Shown here: positions 25,210 through 29,428 of the stretch, piece after piece
Layout of the letters: every line of letters starts with the position of its first letter
Numbering within the stretch: the stretch's first letter is position 1
Virus record (IMG/VR): IMGVR_UViG_3300032301_001914
Location: 1-29,428 of that record
Length of the DNA: 29,428 nucleotides
Direction: 5' to 3' (one strand)
Source of the DNA: a virus
Lineage: Duplodnaviria > Caudoviricetes
The notes under the pieces: model-generated
Databases searched by the model: none
Told to the model about the DNA's origin: nothing
The model's input: only the letters and a program-made list of their open reading frames with translations
Position numbers and translations under genes: made by a program

Positions 25210-25727
25210 AGCTCGGTTATGCGGATGTAGGAGCGAACGAGTCGCGTGGGTCGTATCTTGCGCCAGACGCCATCTCCTGAAGTGCTATCGCGCTCGCCCT
25301 TGCCGTTGGTATTTCCCTCCACCGTCACGATCTGAGTTGATCCCTTGGATTGGTCGCGGATGACTACGCCGATGTGGCTAAAGTCGAAGATGGCGAGGTC
25401 GCCCGCCAAGGCCCTGGCCGTGCGGCTGAGTATTTTCAGGTTTCGTTCCTTGGCCCAGTTGGCGAAGTCGAAGGCGGCGGCGGTTTTGGGGCGCCATCTT
25501 TCAACCTCCCTGTCATTTCTGAGTGACAGGAGAGTGCGCGCCTCTTCTGTGATCGCCCATCTTTTGATAACCCAACATACAAATGCTGCGCACCACGGCC
25601 ACGGGGCCGGTTTGAGCCAAGTGGCCGACTGGTATTCGAGGATTTTGGGTCCGCGGTTGTTGCCGCCGACCTCGCGGACTCCGATTTCTGCTGCGGCAAT
25701 ATTGGCGAGTTTTTTGCGAAGGCTCAT
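25206..25727 (-). CDS. CHAP-domain peptidoglycan hydrolase (putative endolysin)
   Basis: EIGVRE..NN.G, PWCAAFV (catalytic Cys), SHIGVV (His), VEGNT. Confidence 0.88.
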   Translation of the reverse strand: MSLRKKLANIAAAEIGVREVGGNNRGPKILEYQSATWLKPAPWPWCAAFVCWVIKRWAITEEARTLLSLRNDREVERWRPKTAAAFDFANWAKERNLKILSRTARALAGDLAIFDFSHIGVVIRDQSKGSTQIVTVEGNTNGKGERDSTSGDGVWRKIRPTRLVRSYIRITEL

Positions 25728-27547
25728 GCCTCCGGCTCGGAGTCAACCTGCGCTTCTCCAGGCGGAGTAAATTCCCGGCCGATAATCTTGAGCATGACGG
25801 CCGCCACGACCTGCATGCATTCGCAGTCCCAGTAGTGGTTTGGGCGCTGCCCGATTTGCTTCCACCGCCAGGTGCCGTTCAGGTTGACCCGGTGCTCGCT
25901 TTCCATCTGGCCGAGGTAGTCGTCATCGATGTCGTCGGGAACTTCCCAAGTCGGGCCCTTCTCGGGGTTCTGATTCCTTCGCAGACGGGATAAGATGTCT
26001 TTGACGTTAAGGTTGGACCAGTAGAAGACCGACGCCTTCTTGTCGGCTGACAAGACGACGCGGCGGCGAGGGGAGTAGAAGCGGTGGATGGCGCGGTTGC
26101 CGGCGAGCTTGTGTGAGAAGGTGGAGCGCTTGTCGCCGATGAGTGCAGTCCAACCATGATCGGCACAGTGGCGATAGACCTCGTAGGCATTGTGACCGGC
26201 ATCGAGAAAGACCAGGTTCGGGTGAATGGCAAACCGCTCCTGCAGACTCCCGATATCTTGAAAGGTAAGGATTTTTTCGTTCCACATCAGCCGCGAGGAG
26301 CCTGTGGCGCTCCATGAGCGCACGACGGCAAAGAGGTGATCCATCTGCACGTCGATGGTGAGAATGCGCAGGAAGGCGGCCGCCTGAGCTTGGTCTGGGG
26401 CGCCGGGCACGATCTTGCCGGCCTTGTTCATGATGGCCTCGTCTTCCCACACCTCCCCCTTGCAGTAGCCGGTCCGTTCGATCTCCAGCTTGTAGTCATC
26501 GGCCATCTCCCGCCAAGGGATCGCCAGCCGTTTCTGGTAAAACTGCTTGAGCGAGGAGAAGTCGCCCTGACGCGCGGTGGCTTTGGCACGCAGGTAGAGT
26601 TCGGCTAGAACGCCCCAACTCTGTGAGCATAACGAGTTCCAATGGAATCCGGCGTTTTCATCAGACGCCTTGGGATTAGCCGCCACGTATTTCCCCGAGG
26701 CATTGAGTTCGCGGCGTTGACGCTCGGTATCCTCGAACGGGCGGCTGCAGCCCGAGCAGAGTAGAACGGTGGACTGGCGCACGGCTTGGTAGTCCCAGTT
26801 GTCGTTCTCGTCGCGAGCCGACTTGCTCCACTCAATGTTTTCCCAGGCGAAGGGCTGCCGCAGAGAGCAGGTCGGACAGGCAAAGGTCCACTCTCGTTGG
26901 TCGGTGGTCTCGAACTTGCGCTGCGTGTCGTCGCCTTCTTCGCCGGCCTGCGACATGAAGACGCACTTTCCGAGCCAACCGAAGGCGGTGACGCGTGCCT
27001 CGGCTTCAGCCATGTGTCCCGGTGGCCATCGCCATGTTTCGTCGCCAATGAGCCACCTGATTGATCGGCGCTGCAGGTTGGTTTTGTTGTGAGCTCCGAG
27101 AACCCAAAGCGTCATGCCGTTGCGGAAGTGGATCGTGCTGTTCTTCTTTTTGTGGCGGTTGCGCGGGTAGAGGGCCCTGACCGGGGCGCATTCGTCGAAG
27201 ACTTTCTGCAGGCGCGACTCGCTCTGGTCCTTGGCGTCCTCGTCGGTCTGATCGAGCCAGAGGGTGGGGCCCGGGAGATTCGGAATGATGTAGCAAAGCC
27301 CGAGTTCACCCACGCTCGTCTTGCCGCACTGAATGGCTGCGATGATGGAAATCAGGTGGATGGCTGGATCGGCCAAAGCTTCGAGTGGCTCGCGCAGCCA
27401 AGGGGAGTTGTCTGAGCGGAACTTGCCGGGCAGAGGCGAATAGGGAATGGAAGCAATGTGCTCCTCAGCCCACATCCACGGGGCACGCCGGTCGGGCGGT
27501 TCCCATACTTCCCGCCAAAGACGGTCGAGTTGCTTGTGGTGGCTCAT
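25724..27547 (-). CDS. Terminase large subunit, lambda GpA family
   Basis: QCGKT Walker A, LIGDE Walker B, CPTC/CSGC Zn ligands, IDVQ and NHYWDC nuclease motifs. Confidence 0.93.
   Translation of the reverse strand: MSHHKQLDRLWREVWEPPDRRAPWMWAEEHIASIPYSPLPGKFRSDNSPWLREPLEALADPAIHLISIIAAIQCGKTSVGELGLCYIIPNLPGPTLWLDQTDEDAKDQSESRLQKVFDECAPVRALYPRNRHKKKNSTIHFRNGMTLWVLGAHNKTNLQRRSIRWLIGDETWRWPPGHMAEAEARVTAFGWLGKCVFMSQAGEEGDDTQRKFETTDQREWTFACPTCSLRQPFAWENIEWSKSARDENDNWDYQAVRQSTVLLCSGCSRPFEDTERQRRELNASGKYVAANPKASDENAGFHWNSLCSQSWGVLAELYLRAKATARQGDFSSLKQFYQKRLAIPWREMADDYKLEIERTGYCKGEVWEDEAIMNKAGKIVPGAPDQAQAAAFLRILTIDVQMDHLFAVVRSWSATGSSRLMWNEKILTFQDIGSLQERFAIHPNLVFLDAGHNAYEVYRHCADHGWTALIGDKRSTFSHKLAGNRAIHRFYSPRRRVVLSADKKASVFYWSNLNVKDILSRLRRNQNPEKGPTWEVPDDIDDDYLGQMESEHRVNLNGTWRWKQIGQRPNHYWDCECMQVVAAVMLKIIGREFTPPGEAQVDSEPEA
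25741..25746 (-). promoter_or_regulatory. TTGACT motif variant, 13 nt before ATG 25727
   Basis: GGTTGACTCCGAGCCGGAGGC-ATG. Confidence 0.45.
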
Positions 27548-28143
27548 TGGCCCTCGTGGAGCAAGGCCGCGAATTCGTCGATGGCCAGAGAGAGTTCCTT
27601 GCGGATGCGCACCGCATCCAAGCCGGAGAGAATCGGAGGTAGTTCATTTTCCAATCGCTTGCGCAGCAGTGATACGGCCTGTCCCACATGGTAAGCCCAA
27701 CGTGACCTGACTTCTTCGTTAGGCACGTATTCGCCCTTGCGCACCGAGAGGCGAAACTCGCGCTCCATGACTTCGGCTAGGAGTTTGCGAGCTCGGAGGG
27801 CCGATTCCTCGTCGGGTGCAAGAGCCGCCCCGCCTTTGAGTCCCTTGCGAGCCATGAATTCACGCCATGCGGCCACATCGTGGGTGCCGTTGGCTGAGGC
27901 CATTGGGCTATCGCCCATTTTTTTCCACGCGTGGATGGCTTGCCGGCTGACTCCGAGAATTTCGGCCAGCTCGTGGTAACTGGCTGCGGATGCGGCATCA
28001 TTGCCGCTCGATCCTGCAGCGATTGATTGGAGCATCGACCTTTCGCCGCGGCTGAGCTTGCCGCCTGACTGGACTCTGCTGATGAGGTTGCCGAAGTCGC
28101 GGCTGAGGATCTTGCGCGCAACCTCCGGCGGAATCTGCTCCAT
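27544..28143 (-). CDS. Terminase small subunit (Nu1-like)
   Basis: ELAEILGVSRQAIHAW HTH; RARKLLAE...KGEYVP oligomerisation block; ATGA-coupled to the large subunit. Confidence 0.82.
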   Translation of the reverse strand: MEQIPPEVARKILSRDFGNLISRVQSGGKLSRGERSMLQSIAAGSSGNDAASAASYHELAEILGVSRQAIHAWKKMGDSPMASANGTHDVAAWREFMARKGLKGGAALAPDEESALRARKLLAEVMEREFRLSVRKGEYVPNEEVRSRWAYHVGQAVSLLRKRLENELPPILSGLDAVRIRKELSLAIDEFAALLHEGQ

Positions 28144-28158
28144 TCAAGGAGCGAATGG

Positions 28159-28164
28159 CGTCAA
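28159..28164 (-). promoter_or_regulatory. TTGACG motif variant, 15 nt before ATG 28143
   Basis: CTTTGACGCCATTCGCTCCTTGA-ATG; TGA in the motif is the upstream stop. Confidence 0.5.
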
Positions 28165-28661
28165 AGCGGACGACCCACCATGTTGATAAAGGCTTTGGCG
28201 GGGAAGTGATCTGGGAGCGACATGAATGGCGTGTTCGCCAAATGGGACTGAACTGCGAGCCAATCGATCTCATTGTCCTCGGTCATGGCCTGCTCAACGT
28301 AGGATTCGATGAGATAAATTGCGTTGTTCATCGATCCAATGATGCTGCGGTTGCTTCTCTTGGTGGCTACCACGGTGATGTTTGACCCATCAAAGTCCCC
28401 GTTGACCATCATGTAGGATACTTCAATGTGTAGGAGTAGGTGTTGGAGGAAGCTTTCGTAGGTCTTGTAGAGGCGCAGGTTCATGATGAGGGGCCACAGT
28501 GAGGCATCGTGCATGATCAAGGCATGAGTGCCAGCGCGCGGGATGCGGAAGACGTCGGCACTCCATGAATCCTCGCGCCCGGTTTGGGCAACCTTGCCCT
28601 CCTTGAAGGAGAAATCGCATTTGAGCCGTTTGGCCAAGGCCCGCGAGAGGTGGAGGATCAT
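28161..28661 (-). CDS. Hypothetical protein, DUF6933-like
   Basis: TxKL-like N-terminus (SRALAKRL), W.A..F, NRS..GSMN and L..TP blocks recalled from DUF6933; more AT-rich than flanks. Confidence 0.6.
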   Translation of the reverse strand: MILHLSRALAKRLKCDFSFKEGKVAQTGREDSWSADVFRIPRAGTHALIMHDASLWPLIMNLRLYKTYESFLQHLLLHIEVSYMMVNGDFDGSNITVVATKRSNRSIIGSMNNAIYLIESYVEQAMTEDNEIDWLAVQSHLANTPFMSLPDHFPAKAFINMVGRPL

Positions 28662-28849
28662 TTGGGCGAGATGACCTTAAGGAGCGCAGTCAGGCCAAAC
28701 CCACGGGGCATGTTCCGCGCAATTTCCCAGTTCTGCAGCGTGCGCAGGGAAACCCCGAGCTTGGTAGCCGCTTCCTCCTGAGTGAACCTGCGACGCTCGC
28801 GGTACTCCTTGAGGACCTTGGCGAACCGTTTGCGAGTGATCTTGGTCAT
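28658..28849 (-). CDS. XRE-family HTH regulator, 63 aa
   Basis: Start moved to ATG 28849; LKEYRERRRFTQEEAATKLGVSLRTLQNWE...P. Confidence 0.88.
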   Translation of the reverse strand: MTKITRKRFAKVLKEYRERRRFTQEEAATKLGVSLRTLQNWEIARNMPRGFGLTALLKVISPK

Positions 28850-28879
28850 AAGGCAACTACGCGATAAGCGCAGCGTGGC

Positions 28880-28893
28880 TGTCAAGGTTGACA
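28880..28893. promoter_or_regulatory. Back-to-back TTGACA pair (TGTCAA-GG-TTGACA) in the divergent intergenic region
   Basis: + copy is 16 nt before ATG 28910; - copy is 30 nt before XRE ATG 28849. Confidence 0.62.
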
Positions 28894-28909
28894 CGGCGCT
28901 GACCACCAG

Positions 28910-29428
28910 ATGCGAGTCCTTTGCGCTCATACCTCGGTGGCCGATCCGGCGGCTCTTAAGCCCAATCCGGCCAACCCCAACCGACACAGCGCCCACCAGA
29001 TACAGCTGCTGGCTGCTATTATCCAAGAACAGGGGTGGAGGGCTCCGATCACGGTGAGTAAGCGCAGTGGGCTTATTGTGCGTGGACACGGCCGACTCGA
29101 GGCTGCACTCCTCATGGGCTGCGACAAGGTGCCGGTCGACGAGCAGGACTACGCAAATGAGGCTGAGGAGTTGGCCGACCTCCTGGCCGACAACCGGCTT
29201 TCCGAATTGGCAGAGCTTGATGAGGCGGACTTGAAGAAGGTGATCGAGAAGCTTCGGCAGGCCGACCCAAGCTTTGATGTGGAACTGACCGGCTTCATGG
29301 AAGATGAGATCGCCAAGCTCTTTGCCGAGGAAGAGGCCGAAGACGCCCTGGAGACCATTCCGCGCATGGAGTGCCAGGCTTTCGAGCACCACGACTATTT
29401 GGTCTTCATGTTCCACGATTTGCGCGAC
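28910..29428 (+). CDS. ParB N-terminal (ParBc/Srx-like) domain protein, 3' end outside window; absent from the ORF track
   Basis: MRVLCAHT...LKPNPANPNRH...GWRAPITV...IVRGHGRLEAA...ADNRLSELAE; no stop before window end. Confidence 0.87.
   Translation, partial: MRVLCAHTSVADPAALKPNPANPNRHSAHQIQLLAAIIQEQGWRAPITVSKRSGLIVRGHGRLEAALLMGCDKVPVDEQDYANEAEELADLLADNRLSELAELDEADLKKVIEKLRQADPSFDVELTGFMEDEIAKLFAEEEAEDALETIPRMECQAFEHHDYLVFMFHDLRD

Larger units (their letters stand above)
1..29428. mobile_element. Temperate siphovirus-like phage/prophage segment (integrase, head, tail, lysis); boundaries and att sites not visible
   Basis: Integrase plus terminase-portal-protease-capsid-tail gene order; tape measure present; no sheath recognised. 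Confidence 0.93.

Noticed and set aside
28850-29416. 252-aa minus-strand ORF 28658..29416 as listed in the track
   Set aside because: The N-terminal ~190 aa are the antisense shadow of the ParB-N gene; only the last 63 aa form an XRE domain
1-29428. CRISPR array, tRNA/rRNA, diversity-generating retroelement, invertible fibre cassette
   Set aside because: No regularly spaced repeats, RNA gene signatures, reverse transcriptase, near-identical TR/VR pair or invertase noticed by eye; the duplications found are diverged and visible only at protein level

Overview
The whole window is a high-GC temperate phage or prophage segment with a lambda-like packaging module and no tail sheath. On the left + strand are the 3' end of a tyrosine integrase and an excisionase-like HTH gene. 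A ~27.5 kb minus-strand block follows. In transcription order it holds: small terminase, GpA-type large terminase, CHAP endolysin, gpW-like adaptor, lambda-family portal, S49 protease with a nested scaffold, major capsid, head-tail connectors, two ~107-aa tube-like paralogs, a tail chaperone with a -1 slippery site, tape measure protein, and many tail-tip/adhesin genes (Ig-, Fn3-, CBM-like and collagen domains). It ends with a holin-like gene and a nucleotide-sugar epimerase. On the right are an XRE + DUF6933-like pair and a divergent ParB-N protein that runs off the window. The strongest unexplained signal is a TTGAC(A) hexamer 13-17 nt upstream of 14 start codons, including an internal in-frame start. 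It has no matching -10 box and no obvious Shine-Dalgarno, and most genes lacking it overlap or abut the upstream stop. This suggests an unusual gene-by-gene initiation signal. A second theme is serial duplication of tail genes and domains. All family assignments come from motif recognition by eye, not database searches.
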